Source of the DNA: Octopus sinensis
Lineage: Eukaryota
Direction: 5' to 3'
DNA: 64,000 nucleotides
Assembly (NCBI RefSeq): GCF_006345805.1
Contig: NC_042999.1
Span: 173,290,001 to 173,354,000 of the forward strand
The position numbers were made by a program, and so were the translations under genes. Positions 11,607 through 24,956 of this stretch are shown in pieces (position 1 is the stretch's first letter; the number at the start of each line of letters is the position of its first letter). The notes under the pieces were generated by a model. That model worked only from the letters and a program-made list of their open reading frames with translations. It was not told where the DNA came from and searched no databases.

Positions 11607-13090
11607 GAAAGGGATAAGAATGTGAGACTATAGATATGGTCTTGTTCCTGCCTTTACTTTCTTGCCAAAAGTATGGATAGATGGATAGAATAAAGTATGT
11701 GTGCTATTATGCGAGAAAGATATTAACAATCTCTCTATTGCACAAGCACCGTGTAATGTAATTTATAATACTTTCAAATAGATATGCATTTGTTATAACA
11801 GATATCCTAAAATATTTCCGCTTACTAAATTAGATGCAAACAATTTAATAATGCACCAAATATCTTTCTAAGTATATCTAGATGCTTTGAAGTCAATAAC
11901 CTTGTTATAACTATGTTAATCAATTGTCGGTTTTCTTCCATAATTTCATTGTGATACGTAATGCGAATAGATTCCCTTGAAAATCCACTTATATATTTTA
12001 AAGGAAATATTTGTAACACCCTTTGAAAAGAAAGAATATGCAAAAGACGAAGGAAGAATTATGTGAGGGATAACGTATATTTACTAACATTCTGTCAACG
12101 TGAAAATATGAAGAAATTTTAAAGACTATTATTTTAAAGATGTTGCTTCTTTAATTACGCCATTAAAATCTAATCATTTCTTAGATATATCATTTCCTTC
12201 ATATGCTTACATTTGTATAAATGTTTACTCCATTCGAAAAGTAATAGCCAATAATTTACTATTATTACGGAAGCCAAATACGTATTGTCATGAATATTAA
12301 TGTCAAAAAGTGGTGAAAAATAGCGTGCGTTATTTTGCTCTCAGCCATTATTTTGTGAATTAAATTTTGATAGATTTGATTTTGTTATTCACAATTTCCG
12401 AGTCGATACAATATGTTGATTCAGGGGATTTTCTGACCAGATTAGGGGATCTAGGTTTTCATTGATTTCTTGAACAGTCGTAATGCGGTGGTTTTTCCGG
12501 TGGCGGGATAAGATATAAACTTAGAAAGCACAGTCAAATTGAAACAGATAGGATGAGGGATCCCGTGTGATTCTCTGCCAATTCTGCCACTTCCCTGCCC
12601 TGAATGGTTTTATTTTTGTATGAACTCTAGAAGAATGAAACCTAAATGTGACCTCAGCAAGATCTGAACCCAAAACACATTTAAGCGGAACAAATGCTGC
12701 AAAACATTTTATACAATACTTTCATGCCCTTCTTCACCACAGACAAATAATTGTGGCTTTCTGCATTTATAAGAAGTACTAATTAGTTAAAACATACAAG
12801 ACAGTAGAACACTTCTAAGAATTAGTTCCACAGAGTCTACATTCGAAAATCTGTCCTCCTAGGACTAAGTTTACCTTTTCTGTTTACATTTGTGTGCAAT
12901 GTCATCCCTTGTGTCCTTTACTTGAAAATTATTCACTGTTCGGCACTATAAGAAATCGTTATGGAAATAGAATAAATGCACAAGATTGTATGTAGCATTG
13001 CCGTGTGATGTACTACACTCTGGACATTAAATCAATATGACATGCGATCGATTCCGTTTTTCATTTCCAGATCGATTGTCCATGAAAGTG

Positions 13091-13094
<4 letters not shown>

Positions 13095-13170
<76 letters not shown>

Positions 13171-13376
13171 CGTGTGTGTTTGTGCCTGTGTGAGTGTATG
13201 TGTGTCTCTGTATGTGTTTGTGTGCTCGTGAATCTCTGTGCGTGATTAGGTATATATGTATAAATACGTGTGTTTATACATATACATATATATGTATGTA
13301 TATATATATATATATATATATGAATGCACATGTGCATACATACATACATACATACATACATACATACATACATACA

Positions 13377-13407
<31 letters not shown>
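13095..13407. repeat. (TA)n/(TG)n/(TACA)n microsatellite cluster
   Basis: Directly visible. Confidence 0.95.
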
Positions 13408-13409
<2 letters not shown>

Positions 13410-14155
13410 TTCACATCAATGAGCGAATTTTCATCATAGTATTTTGAAGAATATTGATGTTAAGTTCAAGCGCCTAGATTCCACGGTTGTTAAAGAAACC
13501 TTCAAAGAAAACATTTCATATTTCTCTTCATTAAACATGGTTCGAGCGTGCTAATGCATTATCGCACTCGTATAAAAATTTAACGATTTACTATAGAATT
13601 AAAACACATCGGTATTACGTTACTCATTTTTATTCTCATAAGAGAGACCCAATGGTGAATGGGTAAATGCTAAATATTGCACTGTCATCGTCGAATAAGT
13701 TGAAAATATATAGAATTGTTTATGCATATTGGTAAAAGGATACAAACTTGTACTGGTGAAGTATTGAATCGATCATGAAAGCATCAAAATTTCGACAGCT
13801 GTAAGATTTTATTTCCCAACAGAGCGGTACAAAACTAAATATTGTAAAGTATTTAGTCTAGCCCTCTACTACGTGTAGTACTGCATCGTTTTCTTTGTCA
13901 AAGAAAATGATGCTGTGCAACGTGTCATTACTTCTTTAATAGAGTCAAAACTACTGCTCTTAATTATTCTATGCTTTAGCAGAGTAGAAATCCAATAATA
14001 TTTATAAATTGTTATAAATTGTAGTAGATTAGAAGTCGGCAATCATGATCCTGTTGATACTAATACTAAAATCATTTAATGGTCGAGTTGTACATAGTTC
14101 ATGATAATTCTTATATTGCAATCGACGATGTGTTGTGCCAATGGTAAAGTGTACG

Positions 14156-14273
<118 letters not shown>

Positions 14274-15314
14274 AAAGTTAAGGAATGGCTATTTCCGTGT
14301 CTTCTACACAGTTGTTGACCACTAGTGAACGCTAACTGTGTGGAAGACAAGGAAATCAACATTCCTTAACTCTTCTATTCTTATTCGCAACCTCGGTTAT
14401 CCTGGTCGCCTACCGTTAAATATAAATAGAACTTTTTCAGTTTAAACTTGTCGTTTGAGGATATCCCACATACCAGCAAAACCGAATATCGTACTTCGAT
14501 AAGAAAAAAAAAACTGAAACTTGTTTTTTTTATATTTACTATGGATTGTTTGAAGCCAACTTTTTTTCTACACCTCGATCCCTGGATTATGTGTGTAAGT
14601 GTGTGTGTGCCTCTGTGTGTGTGCCTCGTGTTTCTGAGTTTGATTGCGTGTGTGTGTGTGTGTGTGTGTGTGCGTGTGTGTGACGTTCAGTTCATCTAGC
14701 TGTCAGTAAGTTCCACATGTTGGCTTAGTTAAGAGCTGCATTCAATAGTGATAGAGTATAATTTATAATTCGACATTCATTCGCTTGTAGTCCCGTGTAG
14801 AATGTCACCGAGGGATAGAGTGTTCCATTAAGGGGTCCAGATATTTTTGTTAGTTTATTTAGTATATCATGGCAATGAAGCCTGGACTTTTATCCGCCAA
14901 TATGGTAGGATTGAAATCCGACTGTTTTCAGATAAATGACGCAAGTATTCCATCACTTAATAGTTTTGTAATGTTTATTCTGTTCAATGAATGTGGGGGA
15001 AGCATTGAGGAATGTTGTTTCTGATAAAATTTATGATTAGTAGATTATACAGTTTTTCCAAAATAGATATAAATTGAAACTCACCGCAGAACGTCATGAG
15101 AAACGCGCCAATGTAGAATATATGGTAATAAAATAATAAAACCCAACAATGAATCGAAACCCGCTTACGAAGTTACATTTCCGTGAGTAATATCTTGAAG
15201 CAGGTTTATTACAGAGCATACATATTCCAGCGACACAGTTTAGAATGGATGACGAGAGCTAGACATGCATACAATCATGTACATGTGTATGTGTATCAAG
15301 CTATGTGTTTTATG

Positions 15315-15538
15315 TACGTATGTATATATGTATGTATGTATATATGTATGTATGTATGCATGTATGTATGTATGTATGTATGCATGTGTGCATGTATGTG
15401 TGTGTGTATGTATGTATGTATATATGTATGTATGTATGTATGTATGCATGCATGCATGCATGTATGTATGTATGTATGTATGTATGTATGTATGTATGTA
15501 TGTATGTATGTATGTATGTGTGTATGTATATATGTATA
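15315..15538. repeat. (TATG)n microsatellite
   Basis: Directly visible. Confidence 0.95.
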
Positions 15539-16518
15539 ATTCATCAACCAAAACTTATCTGAAAGCTGTAACGTTTCGTTCAAACTACTTTATCATCGTG
15601 TGTCGTTATAGATGAAAGGGTATATCGGGCAGCTAAAGCAAAGCTTCTTGCAAATGAATTGTTCTAGAGAAATTGCACTACTTCATAAGCTAAAGTTGTA
15701 AGCTTTGAGTTTCTTGCTATGTTGCCTGTTAGCAAGTTGCCGGTTTGAAATTGAGACACATAAATAATAGTCTCTTTTCATCTAGGACGATCAACAACAA
15801 TACGAATCGTTAGATAGTAAGCACCGAATAACAACGAACAATATTACTTTAAGTGCAATTTCTCAGAATTGTGGGCTTTCCCATTAACTATGAAGTTTAC
15901 TTGCGTTTTCACTTATCCCATAAATCTTGTTACATCTTCAAGATCACCTGATGTGCTAAGCTAACAAAGAGGGTCCAATGATCAAATTAAATTGTGGCGA
16001 CAATTGTATTAAAATTAATTAAAGACTGGACAGCGAACATAACGTAATTGATGGCATAAATTACAAAATGCTTTTCAGAACCAAAAATACATAGATCGTA
16101 TAAACAAAACGAATCTGTATGAGTGCGCAGAATGCATATATATGGAAAAAAAAAGGCTAGAATCAAGCCTCATATGGGAGGTGCCAGATATTACCAACAC
16201 GAAACCAAATATGCAAGGCTGGTTGCTTTCGCGTGTGTTGTTCCAAACGCGGCTTTTAAGGAGATACAGCAAATCTGTAAGATGCGTAAAATATATCTGT
16301 GCCAATTCTGACATTTCTCCGATACAACCAACGATCATTCAGATACCAATATCACCTATTCATGCTTTGCTCTCTCTACGCTTCCTTGTTATACACTCCA
16401 TTATATTGATTTCTTCACCACAACTTTTATTCTCTAAGCATTATTCACTTGCTAATTACAGTGAAAAAAGCAAAACAAGTACATAAAATGGGCTCATGGA
16501 AGTTCTCACACGCACACA

Positions 16519-16635
<117 letters not shown>

Positions 16636-16889
16636 TGCTTTCGACTATAATATATAAGTAGGTTTGAAGGCTATACACAGTTTACAGCAATAATACTTCA
16701 TCCGAGAAATAAAAGTACTCAGCAGATATACAGTTGTTCTGTAGAGAACCGTCATGTCTCTAATATTGTCATTATTTTGAAATAGAAAATAAACATTACG
16801 ATAAACTTAACACAACACAATTTCCTCACTTCATTAGCGTATATTTTTACTTCCTGCTTCTATATGCTTCATTCATTGATCTACTTTTT

Positions 16890-16904
16890 GTTATAATAAT
16901 AATG

Positions 16905-16965
<61 letters not shown>

Positions 16966-17000
16966 TAATAATAACATCAACAACAACAATAACAACAGCA
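16890..17000. repeat. (AAT)n/(AAC)n microsatellite
   Basis: Directly visible. Confidence 0.95.
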
Positions 17001-17019
17001 GGATAGATAGTTGCAGGAA

Positions 17020-17400
17020 GTAATGAGTAAAGAAGTAAGAAAAAGATTGCCAGCAGTAAAAGCTACCAACAGAAGGTAGCTGCTAGATATATCTAGTAAG
17101 TTCTGTTCCCAGAAGTATAGATATTAAAAATATGGATGACACTAACTTATTGATCTATGCAGGATGGGTAGTAGTTTCTAGAAGACTAGATATTCCACAA
17201 GGAAAGATTAGAAAAGAGCAAATGTGGAAACGGAGAATGCAAAAAAGAAAAGAGAAGACTTTAAGACAAGGTCTGAGTAGAGTAGAAGTCTGAAAACTGA
17301 ACAAGTTAGGAAACATAAGATTTAAATGTTCTCTTGAGAACAGATAATTAGTCAAAAAGAAAGGATGTGGGGCAGTCATCGCAGAGATGAAACAGTATTT
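17020..17400 (+). mobile_element. R4/Dong-clade LINE, N-terminal ORF fragment
   Basis: Translation RKRLPAVK...DTNLLIYAG...MWKRRMQ...LRQGLSRV...KKKGCGAVIAEMKQ, homologous to the minus-strand segment at about 18850-19110. Confidence 0.7.
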
Positions 17401-19345
17401 AACATGAAGGGGCTTTTCTTGCCTCTGTTTTATCATGATCCGTTGCTGTTCCAGTTTTAGTTTTGATTTACGTTGTTTTACAACTTTTGGTGTTTCTTCT
17501 TGTTCTTCATAATCTTTATCCCCTAAGTTTTGTATTTGACAGCTTCCTTAAAGACTGGTAACAGTTTTCTTTTATTCGTGGGATTGTTTTTTTTTGGGGG
17601 GGGGGGCTATGTCTATTATTTTTCCTTTCTTCCGAAGTAGGTATTTTTGTAGTGCTATGGTGGTTATTTTGTAATAGTTTTCTAGCTGTATAAGGTCTCT
17701 ACCTTATATACATTGTATATATAGTCTTTCTTAGGGTGCGCATCCTATGTAGTGTCATTATTTTTCTTGTTTTCCTGTCTATTTTGGTTAGTTCATTTAG
17801 AGTGCAGTTAAGAATATTGTAGTTGTAACTTATATCTGAGGCGGCTAGTGTGTTGATACCTATTATCTTGCTTTTCGCATTGAGCTCTGTTTTCAATATT
17901 AATTTTACTCGTCTATAGTATTCTTTTTTCTCGCCTCTTTCGTGTGTGTTGTATAGTATTTAGTTCATACATTCCTAAGTATTTGTACGTCTGGCTTTGG
18001 TCTAATACTCTTATTTCATTTGCTTAATCGAGTGCGATGTTTCTACCCTTAACTAGTTTTCCTATTTTCGAGGTTGTTTTGACACATTTTGACAAATAGA
18101 CATTTCATGCTTATTTGTTTAGTAAATCCATGTGCTGTCTGTAGTAATGTGTCCAGCTGTTTATCATTTGTAGCGTACAGTTCTGGATCATCCGTATACA
18201 AGAGATGACTGAATGTTTTGCCGTAACATTTGTATCTATAACCAGTTCTGCTTAGCATGTTAGATAAAGGTACCAGTGGCAAGCAGAAAAGGAGTGGAGA
18301 GAGCGTCTTTCCCTGGAATATTTCTCTTCTAACGGGGATGGCTTTGTTTTTCTCGAGGCCTTTTTTCTCAGGAGCTGTAGCACTGTCTGCCATTTGTTCA
18401 TGGACTGTTTTATATATCTTATGAGTATTGATGCTACCTTGTTCGTAGCAAGAGTTTCTAAGATCTATGTGTGTGGAATACTGTCGAAAGCCTTTCGGTA
18501 ATCGATCCAAGTCATACTTTGACGCTTCTTCTTTCTGCGGTGTCATCACTTAGGGCTTTATTGATCGGTAGATAATCTTTACAGCTGTATGAGCACTTGC
18601 ACCATCCCTTCTACTCGTCTGGAAACAGGTGGTGTGTTTCTCAGATGTTTCCCATTCTCTGCGATTTTATTGTAGTAAAGGCATTGTAAATTGTAGCAGA
18701 CAATTATCGGTCTGAATTTTTGTGAATTTGCCGTTTCAGTGGATTTAGCAATTATGATAGTTTTATTCTGATATGCACTGAATAACCCATTCTGCTGGTA
18801 TCCCTTCATTCTTTGGTCGTATCTTACCATCTTTGCTTTCTTTGCAACGAGGGGCTGTTTCAGTTCCTCCATTACTAATTTCAGGTCCTTTCTGTCAGTA
18901 TCATACTTCCTGTTCAGTGCCCTATATTTTGTTCGCTTTTAAGCCTTCCTTTTTATTTTCGCTCTAATACAGAAATATCTTTCGAGAGCATATCTAACCC
19001 CGCCTGTATTCTTTTTTGCACAGTAGATCTTTTCTTTTATCACTCCCATTATATTTCTCTTACTTGACATCAACACCCACATTTTCTGCTACAACAATAT
19101 TTGCTGCCTTGATCAAATTATTTTTTTCTGTGATGTTTTTTTCTTCTGATGTATTTCAGAATTTCTTTCATATTTTTTAGTTCTTGGTTCAATTTCCACC
19201 GATCGAACTTTTGAAGGTTGCGAATAATGTCGCTCTCGTCCTGCTGTAGCCTTGCCTTTATTGCTGTAGACTGCCTTTTGCCCATATTTTTGCACATTTT
19301 GCTTTATTGTCTTCTAAACCATCTGTATGCCTCTCATCGAGCAAG
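17385..19345 (-). mobile_element. R4/Dong-clade LINE, degenerate N-terminus plus reverse transcriptase, with internal deletions
   Basis: MEELKQ...RYDQRMKGYQQNGLF; KFRPI; RREIFQGKTLSPLLFC; SHLLYTDD; KIDRKTRKIMTLH; QEKPLH. Confidence 0.9.
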
Positions 19346-19358
19346 CTATCAACGTTAC

Positions 19359-19359
<1 letters not shown>

Positions 19360-19433
<74 letters not shown>
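19360..19433. repeat. (TTA)n microsatellite between two R4-type elements
   Basis: Directly visible. Confidence 0.97.
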
Positions 19434-19434
<1 letters not shown>

Positions 19435-19900
19435 GACTTTGCACAGTATACAATGTCGTAAGGTTGTTGATTAAAAATAATGTGTCTACCGGGGATCTGT
19501 ACTGTTTGTCGAGTCACAGTAAGGACTGCAGACATGCAGTACTTTGCTCAATATGCGTGCAGTTCCAAGTAATGCCGACTTTTGCAATACACCTGGATTG
19601 CAGGGTATTTCTGAGGATGTCAGATGCTTTTTTCAGACTGGGTGATATTGAACTCAATGATCCAATGACAGTAGGGTTAAACTTTATTTTTGATTCTCGT
19701 AGCTGCCATATCTTAGCCATCTCAATTCTCAGGTCTCCACATTTATCAACCTTTTCTCTTTCTTTGATGATGATATGTTCATCTCCTGTTACTGCCACCT
19801 CAATACTTAGGCACTCTTGTTTGTCGCTCCTAAAGGTTACTACATCCGGCCTTCTATCAGTAATTTAAAAAATAACAAAGTGGATTGGTTCTTTTCAAGG
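19434..19900 (-). mobile_element. R4/Dong-clade LINE 3' end (RLE domain plus 3'UTR) with (TAA)n tail
   Basis: DRRPDVV...LSIEVAVTGDEHIIIKEREKVDKCGDLRIEMAKIW...VIGSL; 3'UTR runs directly into (TAA)n. Confidence 0.85.
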
Positions 19901-20035
19901 CCAAGTTCAGAGCTCTCTTTGGTCGTAAACACATTTTCCCTCTGCTGACTCAAAGTGTGTGGGGCTTCTTTTGTCTCCTTATCGCAAAGGTATATCCATT
20001 GCTAACCCTCACATATTTGTGATTATCTCAAGTAC

Positions 20036-20091
20036 AAGACAAAAGTTGAAACTAAACAAAATTTAATAAATACTTTTTGATAATAAATAGA

Positions 20092-20169
<78 letters not shown>

Positions 20170-20458
20170 AAGAAGAAGAAGAAGAAGCTCAGGACTCAAA
20201 GCAGAAGCTCAGGACTCAAAAAAGAAGCTCAGGACTCAAAGCAGAAGCTCAGGACTCAAAGTAAGAAGCTCAGGACTCAAAGCAGAAACAGAGGGATTTT
20301 TAATTGTAAGAAGCTCAGGACTCAAAGCAGAAACAGAGGGATTTTTAATTGCAGCACAAGACCAAAGACAAAAGTTGAAACTAAACAAAATTTAATAAAT
20401 ACTTTTTGATAATAATAATAATAAATAATAATAATAATAATAATAAATAATAATAATA

Positions 20459-20548
<90 letters not shown>

Positions 20549-20749
20549 TAATAATAATAATAATAATAAGAAGAAAGAAGAGAGAAGAAGAAGAAGAAGA
20601 AGAAGAAGCTCAGGACTCAAAGCAGAAGCTCAGGACTCAAAAAAGAAGCTCAGGACTCAAAGCAGAAGCTCAGGACTCAAAGTAAGAAGCTCAGGACTCA
20701 AAAAAGAAGCTCAGGACTCAAAGCAGAAACAGAGGGATTTTTAATTGTA
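20036..20749 (+). repeat. Duplicated block: flank + (AAT)n(AAG)n + ladder of AGAAGCTCAGGACTCAAA units copied from the adjacent LINE 5' end
   Basis: The flank AGACAAAAGTTGAAACTAAAC occurs at 20037 and 20366; repeated 20-, 45- and 59-nt copies of the first bases of the element at 20750. Confidence 0.9.
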
Positions 20750-21532
20750 AGAAGCTCAGGACTCAAAGCAGAAACAGAGGGATTTTTAATTGCAGCACAA
20801 GACCAAAGCCTCCCCACGAGAAATTACCAAAAACATGTAATGAAAAGAAATATTACAAGTAACTGCAGAATATGTGGAGATGGACAAGAAACAATAAATC
20901 ATATTATCTCTAGCTGCCCAGTCTTGGCTAAGAAGGAATATATTCACAGACATGACAGAGTTGGAACCTACATACATTGGAAGCTATGCCAACATTATGG
21001 AATAACAACAGAAAAAAAGATGGTATAGGCACACACCAGAAAAGGTCACAGAAAACGAGAAAGCAACCATACTCTGGAATATGCCGATACACACAGATAG
21101 AGAAATTAAGGCCAACAGACCAGATATAGTTGTCAGAGATCATGAAGAAAAAAAATGCTTTCTAATTGATGTATCAATACCGGCTGATGACAACGTGTCT
21201 CTAAAAGAAATGGAGAAACTCTCAAAATACAAAAACCTGGAAATAGAGGTAACTAGAATGTGGAATCTGAAAACAGAAACAATTCCTATCATAGTAGGTG
21301 CATTAGGCATGATAAAAAAATATTCAGACAAATACATAACAAAAACACCAGGACTTACAAACACATATAACATACAGAAAATTGCACTACTAGGCACTGC
21401 ACACATCCTACGCAGAACACTTTCCATACAATAACCATTAGAGCATCACAACAAATCACAGCACATACCCAAGGCACACAGAGCTGCGCTCGGTAGTGAA
21501 GTGAAAGCACGCTATAAAAATAAAACTACTGA
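20750..21532 (+). mobile_element. Young 5'-truncated R4/Dong-clade LINE 3' end (CCHC zinc finger, RLE, 3'UTR) with (AAT)n tail
   Basis: RSSGLKAETEGFLIAAQDQSLPTRNY...CRICGDGQETINHIISSC...HRHD...RPDIVV...IDVSIP...KYKNL...LGTAHILRR; a single +1 A in the A-run near 21012 relative to the sister copy at about 31050. Confidence 0.92.
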
Positions 21533-21588
<56 letters not shown>

Positions 21589-21593
21589 TAATA

Positions 21594-21628
<35 letters not shown>

Positions 21629-21645
21629 TAATAATAATAATAATT
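21533..21645. repeat. (AAT)n microsatellite
   Basis: Directly visible. Confidence 0.97.
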
Positions 21646-21689
21646 TAGCCAAAACACATGTGGGGTCAGACGAAATATTAACAATGACA

Positions 21690-22395
21690 GATAGTCAAAA
21701 GATTAAAATAATAATATCAGTGATGATAAAAATAATAATGAAAGTAAGCGGTTGGTATTTCCCCATGTCCTGATTGATGACACAACTAGTGATGGTGTCA
21801 CAAAAAAGAACTGGTAATTGCGCAACCTGATAATAGCTACCTCATATGAGTGACAATGAAAAAAACAATATAATGTGAATAATGGTGGTAACGAAACTGA
21901 ATCCCTTAATGGTGACAGTGTTGCTGTCAGAGATATTGGTCTGACTCCAGCCGGTCGTTATCCTGGAAGAGGCCATTACGCACGGCGTAGATGAAACAAA
22001 CAAGTCAATGCAGTGCTTATGAAGTGTTACTACCTTAGCAAACCTATAGACGATAATGGTGTTCATATTAGGGGATACCGACAACGTATATATGATCGAT
22101 GAAGACAAAGAGGATTGTTTCAACTCACGAACAGAGATTATGTAATCAAGCTAGAGCAATATGAAAAAAATCGTTGGCTCACAGAAGGAGAGCTCGAAGC
22201 TATCAAAAGACGGGTATTGGAAATCGGGTATTGAAAAACAGCAGCATTGGAAACGATGAAAATACAGTTCCTACTGATAAATGTAATCTCATAGCAGAAA
22301 TCATAAGTGAGATCTCTAATAAACCACAGGAAAGACACAGTTAAAGTTTGCATGGGCATTAGACAAACTAACCAGTTTAGACAGAAAGACAAGGA
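21690..22395 (+). mobile_element. R4/Dong-clade LINE, 5'/N-terminal fragment
   Basis: RRR*NKQVNAVLMKCYYLSKP...GYRQRI...EQRLCNQARAI...WLTEGELEAIKRR resembles the N-terminal region of R4-clade ORFs. Confidence 0.7.
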
Positions 22396-22399
22396 AGTT

Positions 22400-24140
22400 G
22401 GTGACTACATATGGGATACTCGCTTATTCAATATTACAATATCCGGTCGACAGTGTGCGATTATACGATCCGTCTGAAAATCAAATTCACAGAGTGTCGT
22501 TAATTTTCCTCCCTCCTGCATAAATTTACTTGGTGCATGTTCATACCTGTTCTCTGTTACTTCATATAGGTATTTACAGCATACGAGCCAATGAAGATAC
22601 ACATACACTTTATCGTGGCGGCGCTTGTATTCTCTTTATGCAAGGCTCTCACAACCCCTTACAAAGTGGGTCACATTTTCGACACTCTTTCCACAGGGTC
22701 TGCATTTCAGAGTCTCAGAAGTGTATAGATGCTATACTTCACTGACTTAGTAGCGAGAGCCTGGTCTTGTGCAGCAATGATCAGGTTTTCGGTGGCACGC
22801 TTCAAAGACCTCACTCAAACCATGCCCACGATGCTGTATTATTCTTCACGTCTTGCGTATAGCTTTCAAACTGTCCATGCATTCTCATTTCCAGATCTTC
22901 TTGTCTCTTCTCTTCTCTTTGGTTAAAGTCTTCCTTCCCAAAATTTCATCTGCATTAACAACCTTATCTTTCGCGGCATATTGCAGCAGGTCTTCATCAC
23001 TATTTATCAAATACTCGGCAAGCGTTCTCCTTCCACTACTAATACAATGGTCTATACTAATTAGTCCTCTGCCACCATCCTTTCTTCTTCTTCTTCTTCT
23101 TCTTCTTCTTCTTCTTCTTCTTTTCTTCTTCTTCTTCTTCTTCTTCTCTTCTTCTTCTTTTCTTCTTCTTCTTCTTCTTCCTCTACTACCATTCTTTCTA
23201 TTCATATACAGTCTGTTTACGTTTGCTTTAGACTGTAGCACCCCATGCAGCGTCATCAACTTTCTCGTCCTTTTATCCATTGTTGATATTTCTTCCTTAG
23301 TCCATTTGAGGATGGATGCGCTATATCTGACCACCGCAACTACCCACATATATTCATTCCGGTAATTGAATTTTTGGCATTCAGGTTGGATTTCAACACC
23401 ATTTTCACCTTCTTTGATACGCCTCGCTGACCGTTACTTTCATTTCTCTGTGGAGAATGTCATCCAGCTCCAAAATCCATAAATATCTATACCTCCCAGC
23501 CCCCACCCACCCACCGTCGGGTTCACCCATGGGCTCCCCTGTTGGTAAACGCAATCCTCTGCAGGCTGCTTTCTTCCCTTTTTTCATATTAAATACTGAA
23601 CATTCGGTAATCTAAATTCTATACTGATATCCCTGTATCCTTTCTGGACTGTATTGGTCGAGTAATCTATATCTATTTTTCAGATTTCCCAAACAATTAC
23701 AGATCATCCATAAACAGAAGATGGTTCAATGATGGGCGTTGGTTCCCACATAGGAAATCAATCTTAACTTTCCTAGGTGCCATTGTTATGAGTATTAGTG
23801 CAATTACGAATAGTATCAGAGAAAACGAGTAACCTTGATAGATGCCCCTTTTAATATTAACTTCACCATGGAATACATTACTTGAGTACGAATTGGTTTT
23901 CCACAACTTCATGCTATTCATCAGAAAATTTGTGATATTGTCAGTAACACCAAACATCTGCAAGCATTCAAAGATCCAAGAATGAGGCATCATATCATGT
24001 GTCTTTTTAAAGTTAATCCAAGAGATATACATGTTTGTATGATGTTTTTCACAATGCTTCAAAACTGTTTTATAGATGACCAGGTGATCCTTGGCGCCCT
24101 GAGGTCTCTTCCTACATCCCTTTGTTTGCCAAGGAGTATA
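22400..24140 (-). mobile_element. R4/Dong-clade LINE, RT through zinc finger to the start of RLE, pseudogenised, with internal (GAA)n tract
   Basis: KGCRK...AKDHL; WINFKKTHDMMPHSWI; KRGIYQGYSFS; NHLLFMDDL; RKDGGRGL; IAAQDQAL; RRHDKV; RPDIVI. Confidence 0.9.
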
Positions 24141-24159
24141 TATTATTTTTATTATATTT

Positions 24160-24316
<157 letters not shown>

Positions 24317-24882
24317 GAGTGAGAGAGCAGTTCATGCCATCAAAGTGACACTGGGGTAAAATATACGAAGCCCAGTATACCCATCATGACTACCCGTCTG
24401 ATAAGGGTACACCAGGCACATGCATCTCAACCATATGTGCGCGACATGGTGATCGCTTATCAAGATAAACAGCACATGACCTTGCTGGTGGGGCCCAGTT
24501 AGAATTTTCTTCAGGTTGAGTAGCCCATCCCGCTCAAAGGGTACCTGAATAAGGGTTGTTTAAGGATGTTGAAAGAACCACCCATGTTTCCAGAGGTGAA
24601 TTATTCAAACCCCAAAGAATCCCTCTCAACACACGGCTATGATGCTCCCCCACTACTTCTGCTCGTGATCAGAGATGCACATATCGTCAGCCACTAAGGG
24701 ACATGCTCAACTGGTTATGGTCAAACAACTGACAAGCAAATCTGTGGTATTGAGCAGAATATTTGCTGTAGCCCATCTTTTATACCAAGACAAAACAATG
24801 TACATGATAACACCTCCAATCAGTTAAGATCAGAAGCCATGAGAGCCACTGCCTGGTACTGCATCAGGGCATACATGCTCAA

Positions 24883-24883
<1 letters not shown>
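24317..24883 (-). mobile_element. Non-coding ~570-bp interspersed element embedded in (TAA)n
   Basis: A second diverged copy lies at 26069-26512; both end (minus strand) CTCTCTC(A/C)CTC-AATAAT; no recognisable ORF or tRNA head. Strand is inferred from the (AAT)n tail. Confidence 0.7.
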
Positions 24884-24926
<43 letters not shown>

Positions 24927-24956
24927 TATTATTATTATATTATTATTATTATTATT

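Noticed and set aside
15565-15600. Minus-strand ATGATAA...GAAACGT motif
   Set aside because: The position 3-8 pair is A-A, and stems I and II do not form.
16075-16486. Three overlapping ORFs in unique sequence
   Set aside because: No recognisable homology and no consistent exon structure could be supported.
19218-19868. 216-aa plus-strand ORF, and similar antisense ORFs at 22853, 29613, 30029, 35022 and 39707
   Set aside because: Antisense shadows of retroelement coding sequence, with or without microsatellites.
20183-20749. Short direct repeats with variable spacing, superficially CRISPR-like
   Set aside because: The units are abutting copies of a LINE ORF segment with no unique spacers, there are no cas genes, and the context is eukaryotic.
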